Assembly (NCBI GenBank): GCA_965216875.1
Contig: OZ244207.1
Coordinates: 1,248,001-1,312,000, forward strand
DNA from: Rubripirellula sp.
GTDB taxonomy: Bacteria > Planctomycetota > Planctomycetia > Pirellulales > Pirellulaceae
Direction: 5' to 3'
Length of the DNA stretch: 64,000 nt
The position numbers and the translations under genes were made by a program. The notes beneath the pieces are model-generated. The model was given only the letters and a program-made list of their open reading frames with translations, searched no databases and was not told the origin of the DNA. This document shows, one piece after another, positions 17,474 through 27,821 of this stretch (positions within the stretch are counted from its first letter, which is position 1; each line of letters opens with the position of its first letter).

Positions 17474-18994
17474 TTACTCGATCAACTCGGGATCACCTGG
17501 TTGCCAGGTTTTGTCGAACCAGGGCGGGAGCGGGCCGTAGACGCGCCAGAGCATGTTCCACCCTTTACCCGGAATCGTTTGCACCCAGTTGTTCTCTTTT
17601 CCTTCTGGGGCCTCGGGGCCAAAGTAGATGTCCCAAGAGCCATCGGCGTTCTGGATCATGCCAGGTTTGTTGTTGTCGATGCCCGGAAACCGCTCGTCGG
17701 TCTGCAACATCGATCGCGTCTGGTTGTCGTACAAAGTGAACGACCAGAAATCTTTGGCTGGAGGCTTCGGGGGTACGTGCACTTTGTAGGTCTTACTGCC
17801 GTCGAGGAAGTCCCCCTCGGCATCGGTGTAGGCGATGGCGTACTTTGACCCTTTGCCAATGATCTTGAACGTCATGGCGGGCGTGATTCCGGTCGCATAA
17901 AAGTGGAAGCCGGCCCGTGCGTCCAGCTGCATCGCGCCATCGACGAGGAACTCGTGATTGCCCTTGGTCGCTTCGAAAGGATTTGTCCAAACCTTACTCT
18001 TGCCTGGATACAAGTAGAACTCTTGATTGCGCGGCTTGGAGATGATCGTGCGAACGGCAACCGCGCCAACGTCAGCAGCTTCCGAGAGGATTTCCTTCAT
18101 CCGTGCGTCGGGCGCAAACTTCTTTCCCTTTTTGATCCCGATGGCGGAAAGCGTGCCCAGGATTTCAGGGTTTTGCCCGTCGCTCGGTTCAAGCTGGACG
18201 ACCTCATTGATCTCGTTGAAGATTTCGAAATCCATCCGGTGGATGGTGTTGAAGGATTCACCGGAAACGTTCACAAAGTTCATCTTCGGTGGATTGTTCT
18301 TTTGCGAAAGTGGATAGACGCGGACGAGTTTCTTTGTCGTCTCGACCGCTGGCTTGGTCGAACCGTCGACCTGGAAGCCTCGCCAGATCACCCAGTTGCC
18401 ATAGGTATTGCTCTTGGCCACGAGATAGCCTTCGGGAACATCCCCTTCGTAGCCCGGAGGAAGAATCAGAAACTTGCCGCCCTTGTTTTTGTCGGGCCCC
18501 AATCGACCGAAGTCGGTGACGTATTTGAACCAGTGGTCATCGATAATGCCGAGCACGTCGGGCGGCGTTTCGACGACCATCGGTTCGCCCGGCTTCATCT
18601 CGAGCCAAAGCATCATGTAGACGCTTGTTGTGTTTGCGGTCAGGAACAACGCCTTTGAGTCCATCAGTTCCTCGAAAACGAGCGCTGTCTGATTTGGCGG
18701 CCCGAACTCGAGCAGCCCCCTACGAATAGCGCTCATCGACGCGATTTGAATGCCGTTGAGGTAGGCTTGGACGCCGTTGTGGAAATCCAAATAGTCGTAG
18801 ATGTTCTCGATGGAGTCCGGATCGGGAATGCCGTCCTTGAGAGCAAAGTTTCCGACGCGGGTTTCGACTTTGTCCGCAGTAGCGATTCCTTCCGGAATCT
18901 CAGTCGTCATCTTCAGTTTCGGTGGTTCTGCGGCCACCGCATTGCCGGCTACCAGCACGACGGCCAGGGCTCCCATTGTCATCATGCGTTTCAT
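17474..18994 (-). CDS. Exported DUF1254/DUF1214-domain protein
   Basis: Signal peptide; LFLTANTTSVY, GPDKNKGGKFLILPPGY, FWSFTLYDNQTRS and NWVQTIPGKGW..RVYGP motifs. Confidence 0.85.
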   Translation of the reverse strand: MKRMMTMGALAVVLVAGNAVAAEPPKLKMTTEIPEGIATADKVETRVGNFALKDGIPDPDSIENIYDYLDFHNGVQAYLNGIQIASMSAIRRGLLEFGPPNQTALVFEELMDSKALFLTANTTSVYMMLWLEMKPGEPMVVETPPDVLGIIDDHWFKYVTDFGRLGPDKNKGGKFLILPPGYEGDVPEGYLVAKSNTYGNWVIWRGFQVDGSTKPAVETTKKLVRVYPLSQKNNPPKMNFVNVSGESFNTIHRMDFEIFNEINEVVQLEPSDGQNPEILGTLSAIGIKKGKKFAPDARMKEILSEAADVGAVAVRTIISKPRNQEFYLYPGKSKVWTNPFEATKGNHEFLVDGAMQLDARAGFHFYATGITPAMTFKIIGKGSKYAIAYTDAEGDFLDGSKTYKVHVPPKPPAKDFWSFTLYDNQTRSMLQTDERFPGIDNNKPGMIQNADGSWDIYFGPEAPEGKENNWVQTIPGKGWNMLWRVYGPLPPWFDKTWQPGDPELIE

Positions 18995-19143
18995 CTCAGT
19001 TCTCCCTGGAGGTCGTGTTTTGGGTGTTGGCTGGCTGGTTGATGTTTCGGATGAGATTCACTGTCTCTCTGCAAACAATCATAGACAGAAGTTCAAGGCC
19101 AGCGTCACTTTCGAGGCATCGAGCCTGCAGGCCAAACACAAAC

Positions 19144-19181
19144 AAAAAAAGGCTGCTCGCAGTTGATGCAAGCAGCCTTTT
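19144..19181 (-). terminator. Intrinsic terminator of ssrA
   Basis: Minus strand AAAAGGCTGCT-TGCATCAACTGCG-AGCAGCCTTTTTTT immediately after the tmRNA 3' end. Confidence 0.8.
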
Positions 19182-19186
19182 GAAGA

Positions 19187-19560
19187 TGGAGGCGGCGGGA
19201 ATCGAACCCGCGTCCCGCGATGCGTCCACGATGGCGTCTACGTGTGTAGTCGAGCTATTTTGGCTTCCGAGGAAACCGATTCACTCACCACGGCGCTGCC
19301 CGACAGGCTCCGCCGCTCGCTAACTCGAATCTTGGTTTAGCCGGCCGCGTCTCGAGTAGGACGGTCGACGATCCAGAATTGCGACGGACATTCAGGCGAC
19401 TCTGGCGATCCCCATCAGTCCGGGCTACCTGTTCTTAGGCGGCCAGCTGAAGATTTTCATCTGCAACTAAAAGTTTCGATCAGATTTTTACGTGGCCTTC
19501 TGATCAACCACGACACGCAACCATCGCTTCATGTCATCCGGTCGAATCCAGATCGCCCCC
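19187..19560 (-). ncRNA. ssrA: tmRNA
   Basis: 5' end GGGGGCGATCTGGATTCGAC; 3' end GGACGCGGGTTCGATTCCCGCCGCCTCCA; internal tag ORF ADENLQLAA* at 19464-19435. Confidence 0.96.
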
Positions 19561-19927
19561 GGATTCAACGGCCTGCCTTCGTCACAAACGCTTCAGTTTG
19601 AAACGCTTCGGTCGAAAGCTTATGGCGATGTTGAGTTCCCATTTTCTCGGCAAAACAGACACGCTTTGCCCACAAAATGTTCACTCCTATCTTAGGCAGC
19701 CACCCAACCCCGGTAAATGCCCAAGAATTCGAGTCGCATCGGCCTGGGCGGACCGGTTGCCAGGGAGCGGGGAAGTGCCCGCGGCCTCACGGCCAGCGGC
19801 TCACGACCGTATTGGGTGTTTGTCGCACGAATGGTTGGCCATCCTGCCGATTGGCCATCTGGCCGGTGGAGCCGAATCGGTTACAACGTCTGACGAAATC
19901 CAATATGCCGCGACAACTGCCCGCCCA

Positions 19928-20671
19928 ATGACCCAACTGGACGTTCTCTACGAAGACAATCACTTGCTGGTGATCAACAAGCAGGCTGAGATCGCCACGA
20001 TGGGCACGCCCGAAGGGCCCACGATCCATTCGATCGCTGCCGATTACATCAAGGAAAAATACAACAAGCCTGGCAACGTTTACGTCGGTATCGTCAGTCG
20101 GCTTGATGCGATGACCACTGGTGTCCTGGTGCTTGCTAGAACGAGTAAGGCGGCCGGAAGATTGACGACCCAGTTTTCGGGCAAATCAAAACAATCGGGC
20201 GCGGCCAAGATTTACCTCGCCGCTTTCGAGGGCCAACTCGACCGGCCTTCGGGAGAACTCGAAGATTACATTCGCAAGAACGATCACGCCAAACGGAGCA
20301 AGATCGTTGGGCCAGAAAGGGAAGGTGCGAAACTCGCGCGGCTTCGGTACATGACGGTAGGCCAAACCGACGACGAGACACTTGTTGCCATTCAGTTAAT
20401 GACCGGACGCAAACATCAAATTCGTGTTCAGTTTGCGGATCGACGCAATCCCGTGGTTGGCGATCGCAAGTATGGCGCACGATCGGTGTTCCCAGCGGGG
20501 ATCGCGCTGCATAGTTGGCGACTGAGAATCGAACATCCAACACGCAAGGAAGACATGTGGTTTGAAGCGGCGTTGCCACGCAGTTGGAAACGGTTTTCGC
20601 GTTTGTTGACACCGGCTAAGGTAGATGAAATCGAATCCGCATTTGAGTTTGAAGCGGACGGGGCATCGTGA
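19928..20671 (+). CDS. RluA-family RNA pseudouridine synthase
   Basis: VLYEDNHLLVINK, VSRLDAMTTGVLV, TGRKHQIRVQ, PVVGDRKYG and ALHS motifs. Confidence 0.9.
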   Translation: MTQLDVLYEDNHLLVINKQAEIATMGTPEGPTIHSIAADYIKEKYNKPGNVYVGIVSRLDAMTTGVLVLARTSKAAGRLTTQFSGKSKQSGAAKIYLAAFEGQLDRPSGELEDYIRKNDHAKRSKIVGPEREGAKLARLRYMTVGQTDDETLVAIQLMTGRKHQIRVQFADRRNPVVGDRKYGARSVFPAGIALHSWRLRIEHPTRKEDMWFEAALPRSWKRFSRLLTPAKVDEIESAFEFEADGAS

Positions 20672-20684
20672 CCGAAGGGGCAAC

Positions 20685-21173
20685 GTGACAAAAAACGAGG
20701 GCAGTTCGAATTCCTTTGTTCCCCAGCGGATCGTTTCGGGAGGGCAGACCGGAGTCGATCGCGGAGCGCTCGAAGTGGCGATCGCTTTGGGAATCGAACA
20801 TGGTGGCTGGTGCCCCGCGGGCCGGCTCTCCGAAGATGGTTCGATTCCGAGTCGCTATGAATTGGTCGAGTGCGATTCGGCCGACTACCGCGTTCGCACC
20901 GAACAGAATGTGGTCGACAGTGATGCGACGTTGATCCTCTACCGTGGTCGACTCAAAGGAGGCACGTTGCTGACGCGGAATCTTGCCGACCGGCATCGGC
21001 GCCCCTTTTTGACCGTTCGCATGGAACGAGATGATCCGGCGATCGTCCACGCTTGGCTCGATAAGACCAAACCGCAAACGTTGAACATTGCCGGGCCGAG
21101 GGAAAGTACCTGCCCTGGGATTTTTGACGAATCGATCGTGTATCTACTTCCGTGTCTTGGGAGTGCGTCGTAG
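20685..21173 (+). CDS. Putative molybdenum-carrier / YpsA-like SLOG-family protein
   Basis: IVSGGQTGVDRGAL, GGWCPAGR.SEDG, RTEQNVVDSDATL and LNIAGPRES motifs. Confidence 0.85.
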   Translation: MTKNEGSSNSFVPQRIVSGGQTGVDRGALEVAIALGIEHGGWCPAGRLSEDGSIPSRYELVECDSADYRVRTEQNVVDSDATLILYRGRLKGGTLLTRNLADRHRRPFLTVRMERDDPAIVHAWLDKTKPQTLNIAGPRESTCPGIFDESIVYLLPCLGSAS

Positions 21174-21275
21174 CTCACGTGCCAAGCAGGCTTTGTGCAT
21201 GGGTTTGTAACGAGCGGATTGCTGATGGATCCATCTATCTTCTCAGATGGGTGGCAACGGCAGATGGAAGAGATT

Positions 21276-21296
21276 GTCATGCGGAGCATGACCTAC
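21276..21296 (-). repeat. GTAG-hairpin REP
   Basis: GTCATGCGGAGCATGACCTAC, identical to the copy at 37742-37762. Confidence 0.8.
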
Positions 21297-21644
21297 GGAT
21301 GACGCGACATCGTACCCTGGGAATTGCGGTATTTTCACTCGTCCAGCGGGGTTCGGGTGTGCTGTCCGAGAAGTCCGCACAACCGGAACGCAAGTCGGGA
21401 ATCCGCACTGAATTCCTAGTTGCGAAAGCAAGCCCGACTCGCAAGGTCGCCGATACGTTGCCATGTTCCGCTAACCCTAAAAGCTGTTCGCGTTCGACAA
21501 TACGCGAAACCTGGTTGGCGTGAAACACACACTTCCCAACCCACCCGCCACGCAGCGTCCCAAGTGGAAAACCAACGAACACACATTATCTAGGCACCGT
21601 GTTCAAGGATGGTCGGACGTTTGCATTCAGGAGGAACTTCATCC

Positions 21645-23306
21645 ATGTGTCTCCCTCTTTCTCTGATGATTCGTCGTGCTTGTTTTGCTCTTCTCGCAGC
21701 ACTCACCAGCCTTGCAATCTCTCCCATCGTTGTCGCCGAACAAATCGATTGCGGCAATGAATTCCAAGGCTGCGAACCAGTGATGTCGTCCTGCGAGTTT
21801 GAATTGCAGCAGAGCGAAACGGCAAACGAATTTGAAGATGAACTTTGTGGTTGGGCCACGCACGATTCGTGTCCCGTACCACGTGTCGCCATGGCGTCGC
21901 GAACGTCCTCGACATTCCAGCTGTATCCCGACGCGCTCGCTTGGCCCATCGAAGAAACCGAGCCGCAACCCAGCAACACCTTCGAAGAATCGCTGGCGAC
22001 CGCCGCCGCAACCGCCTGTGCATCGGCGGGGATTTCGGTCGAGCAGATCATTGAACCGTTTGCGATGGTCGGCCCCAACATGCCGCACACCCTTGAGCAA
22101 GTCAAACGTTTCCAGCAATGGTGGGCGGACGCGTTTGAAAAAGCAAAAGCGGAAGCGGAACGGGCAGCGGACGAGGAGGAAGCTGATGAAGCGTCCGAGC
22201 CAGCCGTCGAAGCCACCGCGGTTGAAGAAGTGATTGATGAGGCCGGCGTGATTGCTGCGGTAGAAGCGTTTCCCGCACCAACCGTTGACGAAGTACTCGA
22301 TTCGATCGCGGAGGCAGTTGGGCTAAGTGCTGACAAGAATGCTGCGGAGGATGCCGAGGCTGTCGATGTCGTTGCCGGACCAATTGACGCTGATGCCGAA
22401 GCAAGCGAGTTTGCGGAACCTTCGGTCGATCCGGCGTGGGAACTACTCGCCTCGGAGGACGCAACGGAAACATCCCCCTCGGACCTGGAACAATGGGGGC
22501 CAAGCGTCGTGATCTTTGTTGAGACCGAAGTGGTCGAAGAAACGGAAAAGGCGGACGCTGAACCGAGCAGCGAAGTGCCTAGCCCCGCGGTTTCTCAGGT
22601 TGGTTCGTCACCCATCATCGTGACGTTGGAAGAAGCCTACATGCCCTACGATTTGGCGGCTCGCGATCTTCGCGTGTGGAGTGTGTTCCCGATGGTGACC
22701 GACCCGTATTGCTCGCGAGGCCGTTCGGAATGTGACCCGATTTGGACGGCCACCGAAGCTGCGCCAGCGGCAGTAGCAAACGAATCCGAAGAGAACCAAC
22801 CTGAAGAGAAGGTTGCTGAGGCACCGGTCGACGAAGCAGACTTGGCGGTCGTTGAGGAAGTCGACGCCAATGAAGCGAGTGTCGAGGTTGTTGCAGAAGA
22901 GGCGGCAGCAGCCGAGGTTGCATTCACACTCAACACCTCGCCCGATTGTTTGCTTGATGATCTGATTTGGCGTGTCGATAGTGTGGCGATTGACTACGCC
23001 GATTGGGCACAGTTGACCACGTACGGCGATACCCTGGTGCGGGTGTCGGTGCGAAGTAGCCGGGTACGAGAATCAGCCGTGTCGCAACTTGCCTCGGTCT
23101 GGCCGCTACCTTCGAAGATCGTTCCGCCGGTCAAAGAAACAGCAGGGGCGGCACTGTTGGCTCGAGCTGGTGCGGTGGTCGAAAGTGATGTCTGCCTGGA
23201 ACCGTTTGAGCAACCTGAGTCGTTCGAGTTGGGCGAACCCGGCGACGTTATCGTCAACGACGCGGTTCAGATCGCCGAGGCACCCGCGGAGTCGACCCTG
23301 CGGTAG
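21645..23306 (+). CDS. Exported, highly acidic low-complexity hypothetical protein
   Basis: AGGAGG before the ATG; N-terminal hydrophobic signal; long E/A/D-rich tracts separating short conserved-looking blocks. Confidence 0.65.
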   Translation: MCLPLSLMIRRACFALLAALTSLAISPIVVAEQIDCGNEFQGCEPVMSSCEFELQQSETANEFEDELCGWATHDSCPVPRVAMASRTSSTFQLYPDALAWPIEETEPQPSNTFEESLATAAATACASAGISVEQIIEPFAMVGPNMPHTLEQVKRFQQWWADAFEKAKAEAERAADEEEADEASEPAVEATAVEEVIDEAGVIAAVEAFPAPTVDEVLDSIAEAVGLSADKNAAEDAEAVDVVAGPIDADAEASEFAEPSVDPAWELLASEDATETSPSDLEQWGPSVVIFVETEVVEETEKADAEPSSEVPSPAVSQVGSSPIIVTLEEAYMPYDLAARDLRVWSVFPMVTDPYCSRGRSECDPIWTATEAAPAAVANESEENQPEEKVAEAPVDEADLAVVEEVDANEASVEVVAEEAAAAEVAFTLNTSPDCLLDDLIWRVDSVAIDYADWAQLTTYGDTLVRVSVRSSRVRESAVSQLASVWPLPSKIVPPVKETAGAALLARAGAVVESDVCLEPFEQPESFELGEPGDVIVNDAVQIAEAPAESTLR

Positions 23307-23405
23307 GTCGCGTTTCGGTCGAACGCAGAACGACCACGTCGACTCATCTGGCGGGATACAGTCGACGTGGTTGGGGTATGCGTCATCGTCGCCGCGGACC
23401 ACTTG

Positions 23406-24710
23406 CTAACGTCGGTCGCGCCAAACCGCGCCCGTTGGAAATTCGTGGTCGCGCAGCGAATCTTCGAGCATCGTGATGCTGTAGCCCGGCTTGGTCGGCA
23501 AGCGGTACTTTGCCTTTTCGACTCGTAGGCGATCGACGAAGTGTTCGTGCAGGTGATCCGAAAACTCGAGCACCACTCCGTCGAGCGACGGCGAGATGGC
23601 GATGTAGTTGACCGCCGAAAGGTGTTGGATGTAGTTGCATAAGCCAACGCCGCCGGCATGGGGGCAAACGGGGATTTCGAATTTGGCGGCCATCAGCATG
23701 ATCGCCAAGAGTTCGTTGACCCCACCGACGCGACACGAATCGATCTGGCAATACTGCATCGCGCCCGCTTGCATGAACTGTTTGAACATCACACGGTTTG
23801 CGATGGCTTCACCCGTTGCCACACCGATCGGAGCGATGTCTTTCGAGATGCGAGCGTGTGCGAGGACATCATCAGGCGAGGTGGGTTCTTCGATCCAGAC
23901 GGGATTGAATTTCGCGAGCTTGCCCATCTGATCGACCGCTTCAGCGGCGTCCCAAACTTGGTTGGCGTCCATCATCAGATGTCGATCCTCGCCAATTTCT
24001 TCGCGAATGATTGCGGCTCGGTGCAGGTCGTCGTCGAGATTGGCCCCCACTTTCATTTTGAACCAGTCGAAACCGAGGTCGAGATACTTGCGGCAGAGTT
24101 CCCGACGATGGTCGTCGCTATACCCCATCCACCCGGCGCTTGACGTGTAGCAGGGCAAACCGCCTGCGAGCAGTTCTTCTTCGCGTTCAGCTTTGGTTGA
24201 CTCGTTCTGTTTCAGGATGGCGATCGCTTCGTCAGGAGTCAGCGCATCGGTGATGTGGTGAAAGTCAATGCAGGAAACCAACTGCTCGGGCGACATGTCC
24301 GAAAGCAGCTTCCATACAGGTTTGCCCTGTTGTTTGGCGTAGAGGTCCCAGAGAGCATTCACGACGGCCGCGAACGAGGTGTGGATCAAACCTCGTTCGG
24401 GCCCCAGCCAACGCAATTGACTTTCGTTACAGGTGTCGTGCCAAAATGCGGCGAAGTCATCGGTGATCGACTCGAGCGTGCGGCCGACGACGAACCGCTT
24501 GAGTGTTTTGATCGCTGCGACGCAGAGCTCGGTGCCGCGGCCGAGTGTGAAAGTAATTCCATGTCCTTCAAGCCCGTCGACGTCGGTGGTCAATGTGACG
24601 TAGGCACAGGAATAATCGGGGTCGACGTGAATCGCATCCGATCCGTGCAGTGCGTCGGATGTGGGAAAACGGATGTCGCGTACATCGAGATCGGTAATCT
24701 TGGTTGGCAT
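23406..24710 (-). CDS. fucD: L-fuconate dehydratase-like enolase-superfamily enzyme
   Basis: DIRFPTS..LHGSDA.HVDPDYS, FTLGRGTE, SQLRWLGPE, FKMKVG, MMDANQ, WIEEPTSPDD and VCPHAGGVGLC motifs. Confidence 0.88.
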   Translation of the reverse strand: MPTKITDLDVRDIRFPTSDALHGSDAIHVDPDYSCAYVTLTTDVDGLEGHGITFTLGRGTELCVAAIKTLKRFVVGRTLESITDDFAAFWHDTCNESQLRWLGPERGLIHTSFAAVVNALWDLYAKQQGKPVWKLLSDMSPEQLVSCIDFHHITDALTPDEAIAILKQNESTKAEREEELLAGGLPCYTSSAGWMGYSDDHRRELCRKYLDLGFDWFKMKVGANLDDDLHRAAIIREEIGEDRHLMMDANQVWDAAEAVDQMGKLAKFNPVWIEEPTSPDDVLAHARISKDIAPIGVATGEAIANRVMFKQFMQAGAMQYCQIDSCRVGGVNELLAIMLMAAKFEIPVCPHAGGVGLCNYIQHLSAVNYIAISPSLDGVVLEFSDHLHEHFVDRLRVEKAKYRLPTKPGYSITMLEDSLRDHEFPTGAVWRDRR

Positions 24711-24801
24711 TGTGGTGGCGAAACGAGGTGGGAGCGGCAGCGCGAGGGATGCGTCGGACGCTTGGGGAAGGAGTGGAGTAGAAAATGGAGAATGCCGGTG
24801 A

Positions 24802-27693
24802 TCAATACAACAATAACGCTGCGTCGCTCGCCAACAGGGTGCAGCATACCTGAGTCCAGGCTGCGACTTCAGTGGGCTCGAGATCGGAATCGACCGGCGC
24901 ATCACCGACGGCAAGCAGGGCCGACGCATCGTCACGCGATCCTTGATAACGCCCGGTCATGAATTCAATCAAAGATTGGACCACACCGAGCTCACGATCA
25001 TTGGCATTGCGACAAGCGATCCATTGATAAAGCTGGTTGATCCTCGCTTCATCGTCGGAGTGCGTTTTGATCAAACGCTGGGCAAGCGATCGAGCCATTT
25101 CAATTCGTTGGATTTCGTTCAATAGGCCAAGCGATTGAAGTGGCGTGTTGGTTCGCGAGCGACGAACACAGCTTGATTCGCGATCGGGCGCATCGAAAAG
25201 CGTCATCATTGGATGGGGGCTTGTGCGTTTCCAATAGACGTACAGGCTTCGCCGATAAACTTGTTGCCCTTCGTCGCGAACGTATTTCTTGGTGTTGCTC
25301 GCCGGATGCGCCAGGGCCATCCACATGCCAGCCGGTTGGTAGGGACGAAACCCTTCGCCGCCCATATGATCATCAAGCAGGCCGCTGGTTAGTAGCCCGA
25401 TGTCGCGAAGGACTTCTGCATCGAGTCGGTAGCTTGATGCACGAGCGTAGAGATGGTTTTCGGGATCGTCGATGTCGCGTCGCCAAACACTGCTTTGGCG
25501 AAACGTTCGGCTGGTCACCATTTGCCGCAAGAGTTGTTTCAGGTTCCAACCGTTCTCTTGCAACTCGACCGCCAACCAATCAAGCAATTCCGGATGAGTC
25601 GGTTGCATTCCTTGCAGCCCAAAGTCCTCGGGCGTGCGGACCAACCCAAAACCGAACGTTCGCTGCCAGATTCGATTGACCAGGACACGCGAGACCAACG
25701 GGTTCTCTGACGACGTGAGCCAAGCCGCCAACCCAAGTCGGTTGCGCGGCGCATCATCAGGCAAGTCGCCCAAAACGCTGAGGATGCCTGGTGTGAGGGG
25801 TTCGCCAACGGGCAAGTCGTACTCGCCGCGATTGAGCATTCGCGTTTGCCGAGGTTTCGCAAGCTCTCGTGCAACCAGGGTGGTCGTGAAACTGTTTTGT
25901 GCTTCGGTGATTTCACGCGATAGCTGGGCAGCTCGAACTTGTAGGTCTCCCGAGCCGAAGGGACCGGCCGCGTCGGCGATCATCGCCATCTGGTCGTTGC
26001 GATCACACTTCGCCCAGTCGCCGGTTTTGGCCAACGCATCCCACGGATTGGAAACTTGCAATTCAAGTTGCGCCATTCCGCCGAACCCAACGACTCGGAC
26101 TTCGAGATTGTGTTGGCCCTCAGACAACGAGATAGGAACTGTCAGTCGGGGCTCGTGATTGTCTTTGGTAACGAGAGGCTCGGGCTTACCGTCGACGTAC
26201 ACCGCAGTGCCGGCTGCACCCGAGAGTGTCAATTGAAGGTGCTGGTCCGTACCGACCTTGGCTTGAAAGGCGATCGAAACGGATTGGTCCTTGCCGGGGA
26301 GTTTGTTGCGAGCTTGTTTACCCGAAATGGTTCCAGGCAGTCCGACCGCTTTCTGCCATTGATCGCTCGGTGAGGCACTTGAGTCGTAGGGTTGTGAGAT
26401 CCGCCAATTGAAGGTGCGCCATTTGCTCCGGGCTCGAGAAAACTCGACGTGCGCATTCCCGTCGCCAACTCGGACGCTCGCTTCATCAAGCAAGGCGTCA
26501 CGACGTTGTTCCATTTCGTTCCACCGCATCCATGCCGCTTGTCCATCGGGAACATTGACGGTCGGCCCGTAGGTGTAAGAGTTTCCATCGAGCGCTGGTT
26601 CGGCAGTGTTGTTGAAGAACGCCAGAAGTTGGTAGTACTCCGACTGCGGAATGGGGTCGTATTTGTGCGTGTGGCATCGCGCGCAGGTGAGTGACAATCC
26701 AAGAAAAACAGTTCCGAGAGTTTCGACTCGGTCAAAGTTGTTTTTCATTTGAAACTCGGCGGGAATGGCGCCGCCTTCACCCGTGCTCGGGTTAAGCCGC
26801 ACATAGCCCGTTGCCACCCGTTGTGCGAGTGTTGGATTTGGCATCAAGTCGCCGGCAATTTGCCAGGTGATGAACTTGTCGAGCGGAAGGTTCTGGTTCA
26901 GGGCGCCAACGACCCAATCACGATACGGGTAGATGCCGCGTCGGTTATCCAAATGCAATCCGTGGGTGTCACCGTAGCGAACGGCGTCGAGCCAGTAGCG
27001 GGCTTGATGTTCGCCAAACCGCGCACTCTCGAGCAACGAATCGACGAGACGTTCATAGGCACCTTCGGAATCATCCTGCAAGAACGTTGCCAATTGCTCG
27101 GCCGTTGGTGGCAGGCCGGTGAGTACCAGTGCGACGCGCCGAGCAAGGACAGACTTGTCGGCTTCCGGCGCGAACGAAACCTTGGCCTCGCGTAATCCAT
27201 GTTCGATGTACCAATCGATGGCGGACACATCGCTTGGCAGGCCTGGCTGTTTTTGCGGTGGTACGAAAGCCCAATGCGTTGCGTATTGGCCTCCCGATTC
27301 AATCCACCGTTTCAACAGCGCTCGCTCGTCCTCGGTCAGCTGTTTCTCAGCACCCTCGGGCGGCATGGGGTCGTCTTCGGAAAAGATCCTCGACAACAAT
27401 TCACTTTGCGCTGGCGCCTCTGGATCGATTGCTTTGTAACCGCCAAGGTCGGTGGTCGCCGCTTCAAGCGAATCGAGTCTCAGGTCGGATTGATCGTCCG
27501 AATCGGGCCCGTGGCAAACGAAACACTTGTCGGAAAGGATCGGCAGGATCTGTTTGGCAAAATCGACCTTGGTCGATGAAGAAGTTGTCGAGTCGTCGGG
27601 CTGAGCCGCTGCGGACTGCGCTTTGACCTGTGCGAGGGGGGCGACGGCAAGCAGCGCAACCAAGGCTGCGCGAAGGAATCGAGGTTTGCACAT
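24802..27693 (-). CDS. Planctomycete cytochrome c (PSCyt1) + DUF1549 + DUF1553 protein
   Basis: ILSDKCFVCHGPD, HWAFVPP, WLDAVRYGDTHG, CARCHTHKYDP, PTHPELLDWLA and RRSLY..WKRT motifs. Confidence 0.92.
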   Translation of the reverse strand: MCKPRFLRAALVALLAVAPLAQVKAQSAAAQPDDSTTSSSTKVDFAKQILPILSDKCFVCHGPDSDDQSDLRLDSLEAATTDLGGYKAIDPEAPAQSELLSRIFSEDDPMPPEGAEKQLTEDERALLKRWIESGGQYATHWAFVPPQKQPGLPSDVSAIDWYIEHGLREAKVSFAPEADKSVLARRVALVLTGLPPTAEQLATFLQDDSEGAYERLVDSLLESARFGEHQARYWLDAVRYGDTHGLHLDNRRGIYPYRDWVVGALNQNLPLDKFITWQIAGDLMPNPTLAQRVATGYVRLNPSTGEGGAIPAEFQMKNNFDRVETLGTVFLGLSLTCARCHTHKYDPIPQSEYYQLLAFFNNTAEPALDGNSYTYGPTVNVPDGQAAWMRWNEMEQRRDALLDEASVRVGDGNAHVEFSRARSKWRTFNWRISQPYDSSASPSDQWQKAVGLPGTISGKQARNKLPGKDQSVSIAFQAKVGTDQHLQLTLSGAAGTAVYVDGKPEPLVTKDNHEPRLTVPISLSEGQHNLEVRVVGFGGMAQLELQVSNPWDALAKTGDWAKCDRNDQMAMIADAAGPFGSGDLQVRAAQLSREITEAQNSFTTTLVARELAKPRQTRMLNRGEYDLPVGEPLTPGILSVLGDLPDDAPRNRLGLAAWLTSSENPLVSRVLVNRIWQRTFGFGLVRTPEDFGLQGMQPTHPELLDWLAVELQENGWNLKQLLRQMVTSRTFRQSSVWRRDIDDPENHLYARASSYRLDAEVLRDIGLLTSGLLDDHMGGEGFRPYQPAGMWMALAHPASNTKKYVRDEGQQVYRRSLYVYWKRTSPHPMMTLFDAPDRESSCVRRSRTNTPLQSLGLLNEIQRIEMARSLAQRLIKTHSDDEARINQLYQWIACRNANDRELGVVQSLIEFMTGRYQGSRDDASALLAVGDAPVDSDLEPTEVAAWTQVCCTLLASDAALLLY

Positions 27694-27821
27694 GTCGGAC
27701 TTGCTCGTTCTCCCTTTGCGACCCGTTTGGCGGGATTGGAACAGGTCGCGATCGACTATGGGTTGGCGTTGCCCAAAGGTGGTTCAGGCAAACTCCAACC
27801 AAGATACCGAAGGCCTGAGCT

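Noticed and set aside
9359..19186. Integrative island at the ssrA 3' end
   Set aside because: No integrase, and I found no duplicated ssrA 3' fragment (att site); the native terminator directly follows the gene.
19187..19216. tRNA gene (T-arm GGTTCGATTCC)
   Set aside because: It is the tRNA-like 3' domain of tmRNA; there is no anticodon arm.
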